Origin: Candidatus Latescibacterota bacterium
GTDB lineage: Bacteria > Latescibacterota > UBA2968
Assembly (NCBI GenBank): GCA_965207885.1
Contig: OZ242311.1
Span: 4,352,001 to 4,416,000, forward strand
Direction: 5' to 3'
DNA length: 64,000 bases
How positions within the stretch are numbered: position 1 is the first letter of the stretch; each line of letters opens with the position of its first letter. A model generated the notes under the pieces. The model did not search any database. It was given only the letters and a program-made list of their open reading frames with translations, and was not told the DNA's origin. Below are positions 47,263 through 57,557 of this stretch, piece after piece. The position numbers and the translations under genes are program-made.

Positions 47263-48003
47263 ATGGACGCTGGAGACAGAGCGGCTGTTGAAGCCGCATG
47301 GAAGAACGGCGTAGGCGTCTTGCACAACTTGCTCTCACAAGATGAGCTGGATGCAATCCGCCGGGAGTTAGAACACGCGTACTTGGATATGGATATGGGA
47401 CCGGGAGAGCCCGGCAGCCGGGACAGTCTGCGCAATGAACCGCTATTAAATTATCCCGCTCTGGGCAGCTTATTTTCCCATCCTCGCATTTTGGGAATCG
47501 TCTCGGCAATCCTGGATGAGCCACGCCCTTTTCTATTGCAAATGAAAACCAACCGGTACACGCCAGAACACAAAGGCGTAGGGCGACACTCAGACGGCAG
47601 CCCAACGGAACTCGCCGCGGCCTTTCAGTGGGTGTCAACCATGATTTACCTGGACGATATCGATGTCAACTCCGGGGCATTGACCTACGTTCCAGGCACG
47701 CATCTGTACCATTTTGCATCCGCGTGTGACCCGAGCCGGATACTCCCTACAAAAGAAGATATTCAGGCAGGTGACTATCTTCCAATCGACTTGAAAGCAG
47801 GCAGCGTCGTCTTTCGCGTACCAGAGGTCTGGCACGGCGTAGTGCCCATCCATCGGTTGCGGCGATATATCACCGGTTTGTACACATCTCGCAAAAAGGG
47901 AAATACGCCGATCAAAGAGCGGATACAGGGGGTCCGGAAAAGCCGCAAGCAAATCCCGGAGACATCCATACCCAAACACGTTAGAGAATACTGGCAGTAT
48001 TGA
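47263..48003 (+). CDS. PhyH family Fe(II)/2-oxoglutarate oxygenase
   Basis: HxD 'RHSD', 'IYLDD....GAL.YVPGTH', 'KAGSV', 'WHG'; AGGAGG RBS. Confidence 0.82.
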   Translation: MDAGDRAAVEAAWKNGVGVLHNLLSQDELDAIRRELEHAYLDMDMGPGEPGSRDSLRNEPLLNYPALGSLFSHPRILGIVSAILDEPRPFLLQMKTNRYTPEHKGVGRHSDGSPTELAAAFQWVSTMIYLDDIDVNSGALTYVPGTHLYHFASACDPSRILPTKEDIQAGDYLPIDLKAGSVVFRVPEVWHGVVPIHRLRRYITGLYTSRKKGNTPIKERIQGVRKSRKQIPETSIPKHVREYWQY

Positions 48004-48011
48004 TCAGTGGA

Positions 48012-49604
48012 TCAATCCAAAAAGCGATCCAGCACATTCTTTGTAATCGCCGAAATCGACTCATCCACCGGAAGAGAACTGGGATAATTGATCGACCCCA
48101 CCGAAAACACCTCTCCCCCGCTCTCGGTGCGGTGATACACGATCTCCGCGCCTCCCTCATCGGGGTTTAAGCCTTTGGCCAGCAGTTGTGCGTTTTTTGG
48201 CGAACTCCCTGTCATCTTATCCGTTTCGTGTCCAGATGCACCGCCCGGACACCGCATATGCAGACACTTCTCTCCAAAAATATCTCCCGTCTTCAGGCCC
48301 GTCCCTTCAAAGAAATCGTGCGTCCCATCCACCACCCGATAAGGTGCGCCAGTCATAATACCCGTCTCCGAACAGGTTACACCCAGCAGATTCGCCTCTG
48401 ACTCGTGAAACAGATGAAATCGACTCTCCAATCCCAACTTCTGTAGATGGCTAAACCCTCCGCCTTTATCTCCATTTCGCACCACCATCGTATATTCATC
48501 TGTAAACACCACCTCGCAATTCAGACCATTTCCTCCCAGATACATCAGCTTGCCGCCCCGCTCAAACACCCAGGACTTCAACTTGTAGTACATATCCGCA
48601 GACCAATACTCCGGATGCGTGCTGATGATTAATACCCGGTAATCGTCCAAATTCAATACCCCGGAATGGAACTGCATCTCCGCATAAAAATCGTATCCAT
48701 ATCCCTCCCGCTCCAACCACCCCAGCAACCGCCACTCCGCCGGGGCTACATGGCAGTTGGACCGCCCCTCAATCGGATCGGTAATCCGCTCCTCCTCTGC
48801 AATAAAATTGATCGGCTCAGGCCGGTCGAACGACAGCGGTGCATATTCCTTTGAAGTAAAAAGCAAATGTCTCGGGTCCGTATATCTCTTGAGATCCATT
48901 CGCGCATTCACGGTGGGCCTGGGCGGAAATTTCTCCGCGAGGATATAATTGCTGCGCCCCCCAAAATTATTATAGGCATTCCAATTTATATTCGACGCCA
49001 GCACTGCAACGTCGGCACTCGGCTTTGCCGGTGCGACAATCCACGGAAACGGAAAAAACACACCTGATTCCGTCTTGGCGTGCAGATAATACAATCCCGA
49101 CCGCTCGGGTGCTGTTATATATTGCTTGTGTGTCGGGCTGGTATAACCCTGTGCATTCCATTGAATACCGGTCTGCGTATAATCCCCATCCGGCGTAATT
49201 TGCATCGTCGCCCGGGGGCCGTGTTCATCGTACCATCCAATTGGACGCACCAACTCTTTATGCCACCCATACCGCCACAGAGACAGCTTGTACGCCTCCA
49301 CCGCGTGTACCCTGAACTCTGACGGCTGCCCGGACTGTACCCACTTTGGCCACATATATCCCAGCAACCCATCGGTCAACAGCCGGAACTGATAGGGAGC
49401 CTTAGTCGGTATCTCAAGCGGTACTGTCTTAAAGCCATAACCCGGCTTGTAAAGTGTCACTCTATACTTGCCAGAAGACAAACCCGCATAAACCGCTCCG
49501 GTCGCTCGCGAACGCGCCTCAAATGACCCCGCCTCGCCTTCAAACTCCAGCAGCACCTCTGGCACTGCCACATATCGTTCATCGCTCACATATCCAATCA
49601 GCAT
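48012..49604 (-). CDS. N,N-dimethylformamidase beta-subunit-like protein with N-terminal carboxypeptidase-regulatory-like domain
   Basis: 'SGLYY', 'WNAYNNFGG', 'LSFDRP', 'WLEREGY', 'HPEYWS', 'LGGN', 'GGEVFSVGS'. Confidence 0.78.
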   Translation of the reverse strand: MLIGYVSDERYVAVPEVLLEFEGEAGSFEARSRATGAVYAGLSSGKYRVTLYKPGYGFKTVPLEIPTKAPYQFRLLTDGLLGYMWPKWVQSGQPSEFRVHAVEAYKLSLWRYGWHKELVRPIGWYDEHGPRATMQITPDGDYTQTGIQWNAQGYTSPTHKQYITAPERSGLYYLHAKTESGVFFPFPWIVAPAKPSADVAVLASNINWNAYNNFGGRSNYILAEKFPPRPTVNARMDLKRYTDPRHLLFTSKEYAPLSFDRPEPINFIAEEERITDPIEGRSNCHVAPAEWRLLGWLEREGYGYDFYAEMQFHSGVLNLDDYRVLIISTHPEYWSADMYYKLKSWVFERGGKLMYLGGNGLNCEVVFTDEYTMVVRNGDKGGGFSHLQKLGLESRFHLFHESEANLLGVTCSETGIMTGAPYRVVDGTHDFFEGTGLKTGDIFGEKCLHMRCPGGASGHETDKMTGSSPKNAQLLAKGLNPDEGGAEIVYHRTESGGEVFSVGSINYPSSLPVDESISAITKNVLDRFLD

Positions 49605-49616
49605 ATTGTTCCCTTT

Positions 49617-50636
49617 TTACGCCAGAATGGTCAGACTTCGATCTTCGAGCGGTAATTCCATCTTCTCTCCACCGCGACGATGCGATTCTCGCAACGCAAT
49701 GGCAATTTCCAGCGCTTCTCGTCCAAACTCTCCCGGACAAAGCGGCTCTGTGCCCTCATTTAGATTCTCGACAAGTCCTTCAATAGCGGCCTGTTGTGAA
49801 CTGCGAGGTCTTTTGGGATTGGGAAATTGTCGTCGAATCGGTTCTCTGGTCTCGTGATGCCTGGTCCACATCTCAAAATCTGCGTGTTCATTCCGGGCAC
49901 TTATCCATCCATCGCTTCCCACAAAGTCAATATTCAACCATCCTCCGGTACTCAGAAATCCGCGGATGCCATTCTCGTATCGAATCATCCCTGTTCCTGA
50001 AAGATCGCTGTCGCCGCGGGCCTCTTCATCACTATTCATATTCCCAAATACCCACCTGGCAGGTGCCCCGGCAAAAAGACGAAACAGAGCCAGCGTATGG
50101 CTGTGACCGCGTGAGAGCCGCCAGCCATAATTGCAGACCATCGAAGAGAAATTCCCAATCATGCCGCTTCGGATTGAATTTAGACATGCGTGGAACCACG
50201 GACTCCAATTTTTGTGACAGGCAATAGCGAGCATAACCCCATTCTTCCGACACACATCGATCATCGCGTCTGCTTCCGCCAGACTACGGCATATCGGCTT
50301 GGTTGCATAAATCGCCTTAACACCAGCCTCCGCCACCCCTGTGACGACCTCTGCGCGTTCCTCTACCCGTGTCGTCACACTGACGATATCTGGCTTCTCT
50401 TTGGCGATCATCTTGCGGTAATCGGTATAAAGTGCCGTTACGCCCCATCGACTTTTGAAATCGTCCAGTTGCTCCACGTAAAGATCCGAAGCTGCAATCA
50501 GATCAATCCCCTTCGCTTCGATCATCGCGGGCGCGTGTGCCCAGGGATATCGAAACTGGGGCCTATTTACGTGCTCATCATCAATAGTACTGCCGATCCG
50601 CCCACATCCAATAACAGCTCCCCGATAAGATCCCAT
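49617..50636 (-). CDS. Gfo/Idh/MocA family oxidoreductase
   Basis: 'VIGCGRIG', 'LYTDYRKMIAKEKPDIVSV', EKP variant 'TKP'. Confidence 0.88.
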   Translation of the reverse strand: MGSYRGAVIGCGRIGSTIDDEHVNRPQFRYPWAHAPAMIEAKGIDLIAASDLYVEQLDDFKSRWGVTALYTDYRKMIAKEKPDIVSVTTRVEERAEVVTGVAEAGVKAIYATKPICRSLAEADAMIDVCRKNGVMLAIACHKNWSPWFHACLNSIRSGMIGNFSSMVCNYGWRLSRGHSHTLALFRLFAGAPARWVFGNMNSDEEARGDSDLSGTGMIRYENGIRGFLSTGGWLNIDFVGSDGWISARNEHADFEMWTRHHETREPIRRQFPNPKRPRSSQQAAIEGLVENLNEGTEPLCPGEFGREALEIAIALRESHRRGGEKMELPLEDRSLTILA

Positions 50637-50656
50637 GTTGTGCTCCTTCCATCACG

Positions 50657-52729
50657 TCAATCCCCCACGCGCTCAAAATAGAAAAACCGCCCATCGTACG
50701 TCCCTAAAAACAAGCCGTCTCCCCACACACAGGGAGGTGCTGTAATTGGTGACCCGAACGCCGCACGCCCCCGGCATTCACCGGAAGCGGCATCCAAAGC
50801 GTACAAACACCCATCACATCCACAAATTAGAAGACAATCCTCAAAATGGACTGGCGCGGCTAAAATGCTCTGCACGCCTCTGCGATAGGGCACCATATCC
50901 AGCAGATCGCCTCCCGTCTGGAACCGCCACAGTAGCGCCCCGGAATTGAAATCAAAACAAAGGGCTTCTCCCTCCGGTGTGGTGGCGTAGATCAAGCCAT
51001 CCCGCACGAGCAGTCCGGTCGGGTAACTGGACGGGAGAATCGGCTTGTCCCACACAACCTCTCCCGAAATTGCCCGTAACGCGGTTAAATGCGACGAGTC
51101 TCCCCCACTTACCAGCAGGTCTCCGGACACAACCGGCGTTGGATATGGATACTCAACCCCTATCTGCTGTTCCCACACCACATCCCCGCTTTGCCTGTCC
51201 AATGCCATCAGCCCCCGCCGCGGCACGAGCAGGAGAAGCAGGTCCTCATAAACCTGGGGACTTGCGTAGCACGACCAGTTATCGCTGTCTTCAAAAGGTA
51301 CATACCACTGCTGCTCTCCCGTTTTGAGATCAAAAGCCGCGTAACCGGCCTTCGCCCCTGTGTACAACGTCCCCTCTGCAATAACCGGAGACGTGTAAAT
51401 CCAACGGTCGGGATACCCGGGCAGATTCGCATGCCACAGCAGGCGGCCCGACGCCTGCTCCAGCGCATGAACCCGCCCGGTAACTGACACAGCCACGCAG
51501 ATGCCATCATCTACAGCCACGCTATTTTTCACCGTCGCATCTGTGCGTGCATGCCACACCAGATCTCCGCTACCCACCTCAATACAACAGACCCCGTTGC
51601 GGGCGGGATAACCCTCGTCCCGCAGGCTCAACAGCATCTGATCTCCCGCCTGCACGGGTGCTGCCCGGTGCAATCCCCCCGGAAGTTGTTGCTCCCAGCG
51701 CAGGTGCAACCCCATTTCGTCGAAAGAAATCTCCACCGGCGTATCCCCGGAAGGCAGCGAGACGCCAGTGGGTTTGTGCGCGCAGAGTTCCACTTCCGCC
51801 CCCTCTTCTCCGAACCGCGCGACGCGGTAGCCCCTCGGCGATGTATCGATTCCGCCAAAACAGAACGCCGGAGTTGCGGCCACAACCATCTCTTTGTAAG
51901 AGAACACCTTGCTGGAATGCCAGTGCCCGTGCAGTACCAGGCGGACATTATATCGGCTCAACGCCTCCAAAAATGAAATCGGCGGAGGCGTGTGAACCAC
52001 CACCACGATCTCCCGGTCCACAGGCTGTAGTGCCAAATCCGCCCAGAACCACACCTCCTTTCGCTCCTGGTCTGCAAGCGAAAAAAACGACTGCTCATTG
52101 GGATAAAACGCAAAATGGCGTCCCCCCCAATCAAAGCTATAATACAAGGGACCGAGCACCGCTTCGAAATTCCGGGTAAACGTATTGTCCGCTGAGCCCC
52201 CCTCGTGGCGCTCCTCGTTTCCGTCGTGCCCGCCGAACAGCGGGAAAACCGGCGTTGAAACCGTCTCCTGTGCCTCGCGGAAACGGGACAACTCGGCAAG
52301 CTCTCCCCTGTTCGTGAGATCTCCGCTCACCACAATCAGATCCGGACCGGCTTCCCGGACAAGTCGCTGTAGTGCCTCGGCGAGAACCTCTCCGGACGTC
52401 AGCATATCCCCTTCCGTCACAACGTGTGTATCGGTAATCTGCACAAGCGCAAACTGCCGCACAGCCCGCTCAGGTGCAGACTCAAGTCCAAAATCCACCC
52501 CATCTTGCGCGTCGATCCAGTTCCGTGTAGAAGAGTAAAACTCCGATGTCGCTCGAAAACCATCCGGAACAGTCACAAATACGAACCGGTGTACACCCGG
52601 TTCCACCTCAAGCGCGTACCGGCCCTCCTCGTCCGTCTGCACAATCTGCTCCCCATTGGAAACCAAAACGCCGCCCAGACCGCGTCCAGACGGTTCATCC
52701 ATCACCCTGCCTCGAATTTCAATCGTCAT
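50657..52729 (-). CDS. Calcineurin-like metallophosphoesterase fused to a PQQ-like beta-propeller
   Basis: N-terminal 'VLVSNG...TD..GRY'; metal motifs DTH, GD, GGHD, H, GHWH; Trp-docking repeats (G.L.W) in the C-terminal half. Confidence 0.83.
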   Translation of the reverse strand: MTIEIRGRVMDEPSGRGLGGVLVSNGEQIVQTDEEGRYALEVEPGVHRFVFVTVPDGFRATSEFYSSTRNWIDAQDGVDFGLESAPERAVRQFALVQITDTHVVTEGDMLTSGEVLAEALQRLVREAGPDLIVVSGDLTNRGELAELSRFREAQETVSTPVFPLFGGHDGNEERHEGGSADNTFTRNFEAVLGPLYYSFDWGGRHFAFYPNEQSFFSLADQERKEVWFWADLALQPVDREIVVVVHTPPPISFLEALSRYNVRLVLHGHWHSSKVFSYKEMVVAATPAFCFGGIDTSPRGYRVARFGEEGAEVELCAHKPTGVSLPSGDTPVEISFDEMGLHLRWEQQLPGGLHRAAPVQAGDQMLLSLRDEGYPARNGVCCIEVGSGDLVWHARTDATVKNSVAVDDGICVAVSVTGRVHALEQASGRLLWHANLPGYPDRWIYTSPVIAEGTLYTGAKAGYAAFDLKTGEQQWYVPFEDSDNWSCYASPQVYEDLLLLLVPRRGLMALDRQSGDVVWEQQIGVEYPYPTPVVSGDLLVSGGDSSHLTALRAISGEVVWDKPILPSSYPTGLLVRDGLIYATTPEGEALCFDFNSGALLWRFQTGGDLLDMVPYRRGVQSILAAPVHFEDCLLICGCDGCLYALDAASGECRGRAAFGSPITAPPCVWGDGLFLGTYDGRFFYFERVGD

Positions 52730-52868
52730 AGCGCACCTCTTTGTTGTCAGTTATAGGCAAAATACAATATTCACACCCTGAGGCAAAACAAACAATGATT
52801 GCCTGCCATATAAAGATTGTGCATAATAGAATTGGAATCCAACGTGTAACCCCCACAAAGGAAGGAAA

Positions 52869-54458
52869 ATGAGTGATAGACCAAATATTCTGTGGTTATC
52901 CTTAGAAGACACAAGCCCGAGATTTGGGTGTTATGGCGATAAAGTAGCGCGCACGCCAAATCTCGACAAACTGGCGTCCGAGGGATGCCGGTACCCCAAT
53001 GCATTTTCAACAGCGGGCGTATGCGCGCCGAGTCGCTCGGCAATTATCACGGGCATGTATCAAACAGCAATAGGCTCGCAGCACATGCGCACGCGCCACA
53101 CCAATGCACACGCGCCGCAAATGCCCACGCCCTACGACGCAGTACCACCGCATTATGTCAAATGTTTTCCAGAATATTTGCGAATGGCCGGGTATTACTG
53201 TACAAACAACACAAAAACCGACTATCAATTTGCCCCGCCAATTACTGCATGGGATGAATTGAGCGCGCAAGCCCACTGGCGCAACCGTCCCGATGGCACG
53301 CCCTTCTTTGCGGTATTTAATCGCACAGTAACGCACGAAAGCGGCATGTGGCCCGAGAAACGCCCAGAAGTAGAAACCGATCCAGATTCAGTCACACTAC
53401 CGCCTTATATCCCCAACACACCCAAAGCGCGGCTGGCATTGGCGCGGCATTACGATAACATCGCCGACAACGATGCATGGGTTGGCGAAATGTTGCAGCA
53501 ATTGGAAGACGATGGATTGGCAGACAACACAATTGTATTCATCTGGAGCGATCACGGCGAAGGACTGCCCCGGGCCAAACGCTGGCCCTATGATGCGGGC
53601 ATTCGCATACCGTGCATCGTGCGCTGGCCGGGCGAATTGGAACCCGGCAGCGTCAATGAGCGATTGGTCAGCATGATCGATCTGGGTCCAACCGTACTAT
53701 CACTCGCCGGTGTACAAATCCCAACCCATCTCCAGGGCCAACCCTTTGTGGGACCACAGGAAAAAGACCGGGATTACATATTTGCAACGCGGGATCGTTA
53801 CGATGAATCTTATGACATGATGCGCGCCGTGCGGGATAAGCGATTCAAATACATTCGAAACTACATGACGGAAAACCCGTATTTATTGTGGATCCCCTAT
53901 CGCAATCGGCATCCCGCATTGCAGGAAATGTGGCGGCTCCATCTCGCGGGCGAATTGGAAGGTGTGCAAAATGTGATGTTTCAAAAACGCCCCGTAGAAG
54001 AATTATACGACACGGAAAACGATCCATTTGAAACAAACAATCTCGCAGACGACCCCGCACACGCCGAAACATTGAACCGCTTGTGCGGGGCACTGGACGA
54101 CTGGCGCGAAAAATACGACGTATGGGGCGATGTGCCCGAAGATCAGATGGTATTTCGCATGTGGCAAGGCACAGAGCAGCCGCAAACCGAATTACCGGTT
54201 TTTGTACCAATATGTGAAGAAAGCCCTGGACGAGAGGCCGCGCCCGAAGGCGGAACCTTTAAGGGACCGATAATCGTACAATTTTACTGCGGCACACAGG
54301 GCGCGTCAATGGCGTATCAACTCGCGGGCGATGAACACTGGCGATTGTACACCGGACCCATTCCCCTGCTAAAAGGCGAAACCACCATTCGCGCTAAAGC
54401 CATTCGGATTGGATACAAAGAGAGTGAGGAAATGGAAGCGACATTTATCGTGACCTGA
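52869..54458 (+). CDS. Formylglycine-dependent sulfatase with C-terminal Fn3-associated/chitobiase-like domain
   Basis: 'RPNILW', 'CAPSRSAIITG', 'SDHG', 'EELYD'; tail 'LYTGPI.L....TIRAKA.R.G...S'. Confidence 0.9.
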   Translation: MSDRPNILWLSLEDTSPRFGCYGDKVARTPNLDKLASEGCRYPNAFSTAGVCAPSRSAIITGMYQTAIGSQHMRTRHTNAHAPQMPTPYDAVPPHYVKCFPEYLRMAGYYCTNNTKTDYQFAPPITAWDELSAQAHWRNRPDGTPFFAVFNRTVTHESGMWPEKRPEVETDPDSVTLPPYIPNTPKARLALARHYDNIADNDAWVGEMLQQLEDDGLADNTIVFIWSDHGEGLPRAKRWPYDAGIRIPCIVRWPGELEPGSVNERLVSMIDLGPTVLSLAGVQIPTHLQGQPFVGPQEKDRDYIFATRDRYDESYDMMRAVRDKRFKYIRNYMTENPYLLWIPYRNRHPALQEMWRLHLAGELEGVQNVMFQKRPVEELYDTENDPFETNNLADDPAHAETLNRLCGALDDWREKYDVWGDVPEDQMVFRMWQGTEQPQTELPVFVPICEESPGREAAPEGGTFKGPIIVQFYCGTQGASMAYQLAGDEHWRLYTGPIPLLKGETTIRAKAIRIGYKESEEMEATFIVT

Positions 54459-54474
54459 TCGTGAAAGGAAGGGT

Positions 54475-54849
54475 TTGATGGCTGAGACAGAACAGACATA
54501 TTCGGTGACCTCAGGTACAGCCAAGATCGTTTACATTCTATATTTAGCCGAGCTTGTTGTCGGTATCACGGGCCTGATTGGCGTTATTATGGCTTATGTG
54601 AATCGGTCGAATGCACCTGAGTGGTTGGCTTCGCACTATCGGTTTCAAATTCGCACGTTCTGGATCTGTTTGTTGTACCTGACTCTGTTGTGGGGAATAG
54701 CAGTAGTGCTGCTGTTACCAATCGTGTTTGTCGTAGCGGTAATAGTGATAATGGTTTTGCCAGTCTGGTGGATCATTCGGTGTGCAAAGGGTTTGAAATA
54801 TTTGTCACGCGAAGAGGCGTATCCAGATCCCGTGAGTTGGTTTCTCTAA
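54475..54849 (+). CDS. DUF4870-like membrane protein
   Basis: 'IVYILY...GVIMAYVNR....WLASHYRFQIRTFW...W.IIRC.KG'. Confidence 0.75.
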   Translation: MMAETEQTYSVTSGTAKIVYILYLAELVVGITGLIGVIMAYVNRSNAPEWLASHYRFQIRTFWICLLYLTLLWGIAVVLLLPIVFVVAVIVIMVLPVWWIIRCAKGLKYLSREEAYPDPVSWFL

Positions 54850-54872
54850 AACGCTGATACAGGAGGTACATA

Positions 54873-55610
54873 GTGCGCAGGATGCAAATACTGAATAACA
54901 GCATTTCAGCACATGCTTTACTGCTCTTATTGATGGGTCTGGCGGTGATCTCTACATCGCATGCACAAGACCTCATGGAGCGATTGCGAGAACGTATGGT
55001 AAGGACACAAATTGAAAACCGAGGAATTAAAGCCCCCGCTGTCCTGGAAGCGATGCGAAAAGTGGAACGCCACCAGTTTGTACCCGAGTCTTATGCTTCA
55101 CGAGCGTACGGTGATCATCCATTACCCATCGGCGAGGGACAGACCATTTCTCAACCGTATATTGTCGCGCTGATGACCGAAGTGTTGAATTTGAAGGAAT
55201 CGGATAAAGTGCTGGAAATCGGAACGGGTTCGGGATATCAGGCGGCGATTCTGGGCGAATTGTGTGACAGCATCTACACCATAGAAATAGTAGAAGTACT
55301 GGGCAAGCGCGCCGCAAACTTGCTCAACACATTGGGATATGAGAATATCGAAGTGAAAGTTGGCGATGGGTACAAAGGATGGCCAGAACACGCGCCTTTT
55401 GATGCGATTATCGTGACGTGTTCGCCAACGCAAATTCCCCAACCCCTTCAAGATCAACTCGCCGAAGGTGGGCGCATGGTAATTCCGGTTGGAAAACGCG
55501 ACGCACAAGAACTCGTGCTATTGACCAAGCAGGAAGGCAAATTGCAACAAAATCACATTATACCTGTCAGATTCGTGCCAATGGTAGATTCCACTGGAGC
55601 GACGTATTAG
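54873..55610 (+). CDS. pcm: Protein-L-isoaspartate O-methyltransferase with N-terminal signal-like extension
   Basis: 'LPIGEGQTISQP', 'VLEIGTGSGYQAA', 'GDGYKGWPEHAPFD', 'VRFVPM'; AGGAGG RBS. Confidence 0.93.
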   Translation: MRRMQILNNSISAHALLLLLMGLAVISTSHAQDLMERLRERMVRTQIENRGIKAPAVLEAMRKVERHQFVPESYASRAYGDHPLPIGEGQTISQPYIVALMTEVLNLKESDKVLEIGTGSGYQAAILGELCDSIYTIEIVEVLGKRAANLLNTLGYENIEVKVGDGYKGWPEHAPFDAIIVTCSPTQIPQPLQDQLAEGGRMVIPVGKRDAQELVLLTKQEGKLQQNHIIPVRFVPMVDSTGATY

Positions 55611-55619
55611 ACTCACCCC

Positions 55620-56459
55620 TCACCTATCAATCCACTTATACGCAGCTTTTGAATTCTTCCAGAAGAACTTCTCCATCGCTTCCGGTCCCTTATTCTCAAT
55701 ATAATGGGTGACAATACTGAGCACCGTCTCATAGGGTGCTGCGCGTTCGCACACGAGCCAATTGCTGCCATAGACCAGGCGGTCTTCACCAAAAGCATGC
55801 CATAACACATCGAGCGTAGGCACATAATAAGCTGGATCGTCGGGGGCGGGTTGTTGTGCTGCGCGTTCAACCATGCCAGACACCTTGCAATACACATTGG
55901 AGTATTTAGCAATGGTCTGAATACCCTGCACCCATTCGGGATCGGGTGCTTCACCCGTCACTTCCACATGTGCAACATGGTCAATAACAATGCGCAGATC
56001 GGGAATTTGCTCGGCAATAACAGCATTGATGGGCAACTGTTTGCTATTCGTCATCAAATCGAGCTGCAAATCGCGGTCAGCCAATTTTTGGAGTTGTGGC
56101 ATAAGAGCATCTTGATCTTCCAAACTACCCCTCTGAAGTCCCAGACGAATCCCGCGATAGAGCGGATTGGCTGAAAAGAGATCGAGATTCTTCTCAAAAT
56201 CTTCGGTCTGGGGATCCAGACGACCCACAAACCCGACAATACAGGGATTGTCTGCTGCGAGATCCAAAATCCACTGATTGTCTTCAACGAGCTGGCTGGC
56301 TTCAACCACAACCGTCCCAGCCACACCCATCTTTTCAGTGCGTTCAACAAAGTGGTGCGGCAAAACGGGGCGATAGAGCAATGCATTGTCTTCGGGCGGC
56401 CAAGGAACGCCACCGGGTCGGGTTGTATCGTAAAAATGAACATGCGTATCAATAATCAT
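55620..56459 (-). CDS. Amidohydrolase_2 family protein (sugar-lactonase-like)
   Basis: 'IIDTHVH', 'IVIDH', 'NVYCKVSG', 'FGEDRLVYGSNW'. Confidence 0.85.
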   Translation of the reverse strand: MIIDTHVHFYDTTRPGGVPWPPEDNALLYRPVLPHHFVERTEKMGVAGTVVVEASQLVEDNQWILDLAADNPCIVGFVGRLDPQTEDFEKNLDLFSANPLYRGIRLGLQRGSLEDQDALMPQLQKLADRDLQLDLMTNSKQLPINAVIAEQIPDLRIVIDHVAHVEVTGEAPDPEWVQGIQTIAKYSNVYCKVSGMVERAAQQPAPDDPAYYVPTLDVLWHAFGEDRLVYGSNWLVCERAAPYETVLSIVTHYIENKGPEAMEKFFWKNSKAAYKWIDR

Positions 56460-56482
56460 GGACATATCCTTTCCGGTCAAGA

Positions 56483-57355
56483 TTATTTAATTCCCGCCAT
56501 TTTCCTCAACACTTCGACAATGGCGGAATTGTCCTGTTCTGCAAGACCGAGCGCAACGCCCGTGCGCAAAAGTTGGGCGTGAAGCCCGGTTACGGGCAAT
56601 GGCGTTTCCGTACGCGCGCCGAGGTCAAGAATGAGTTCCACATCTTTTAAGTGCTGATCCAATGCAGCCTGAGTGGTAAAATCTCCGGTGATCATTTTTT
56701 CGCCTTTAATATCCATCACGCGAGAATACGCGCCACCCATCTTAAAAACATCAAGCAAAACATCGATATCTACCCCCGTTTTTTGTGCGAGAACAAGCCC
56801 CTCGGCCAATACGAGACGGTTGAGACCGAGCACGAGATTGACAATGAGTTTGGCTTCCGCACCTTTGCCCGAAGGCCCCATGTGAAAGGTCCTGAGCGAG
56901 AAGGCTTCAAAAATATCTGTACACAATTCAAAGACGGGTAAAGTACCGCCGACCATCACGAGAACATCTGATTCGCGCACCTGCTTGCTGGATCCGAGAA
57001 TAGTCGCATCGAGAAAGCGAATACTCCTGCTTTCAAGGCGTTTGGCAAGCGCAGTTGACATCTGCGGATCGGCTGTAGTAGTATCCACAATAATTGCGCC
57101 GGGAGATACCGCAGACAAAACGCCCCTCGCACCTGTAACCACATCGTTGACAACATAAGAGTCGGGAAGCGAAAGAACGATTCGACGCGCTTTATCGGCG
57201 ACATCGGCTGGCGATTTGCAGGGCGTAAAACCGTCGCCTTCATGTGCTTTTATTTTTTCGGAATCAATATCATACCCCGCAATTTCTAAACCTTTGTCGC
57301 GAAAGCGTTCAACAAGTGCGGACCCGACGAGTCCAAGTCCGATAAGACCGAGCAT
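56483..57355 (-). CDS. Beta-hydroxyacid dehydrogenase (3-hydroxyisobutyrate dehydrogenase family)
   Basis: 'GLIGLGLVG', 'FLDATILG', 'AKLIVN', 'KDVEL'; CAGGAG RBS. Confidence 0.88.
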   Translation of the reverse strand: MLGLIGLGLVGSALVERFRDKGLEIAGYDIDSEKIKAHEGDGFTPCKSPADVADKARRIVLSLPDSYVVNDVVTGARGVLSAVSPGAIIVDTTTADPQMSTALAKRLESRSIRFLDATILGSSKQVRESDVLVMVGGTLPVFELCTDIFEAFSLRTFHMGPSGKGAEAKLIVNLVLGLNRLVLAEGLVLAQKTGVDIDVLLDVFKMGGAYSRVMDIKGEKMITGDFTTQAALDQHLKDVELILDLGARTETPLPVTGLHAQLLRTGVALGLAEQDNSAIVEVLRKMAGIK

Positions 57356-57557
57356 GAGACCTCCTGTAAAAAAATAATAAACCGTATCGCGCACGGCTTA
57401 AAAATATGTCAAATCTTAAAACAAACAGCACCAGTACTTCAAAAATACTGTACAATCAGATTCTTGCCAAACAAGAAAATAGTGTTGAATCCATGCGGGC
57501 ATTGTTTATCTTAAGATCATACAAGATGCGTGAAACCAATCAAAACAGGAGCTATAG

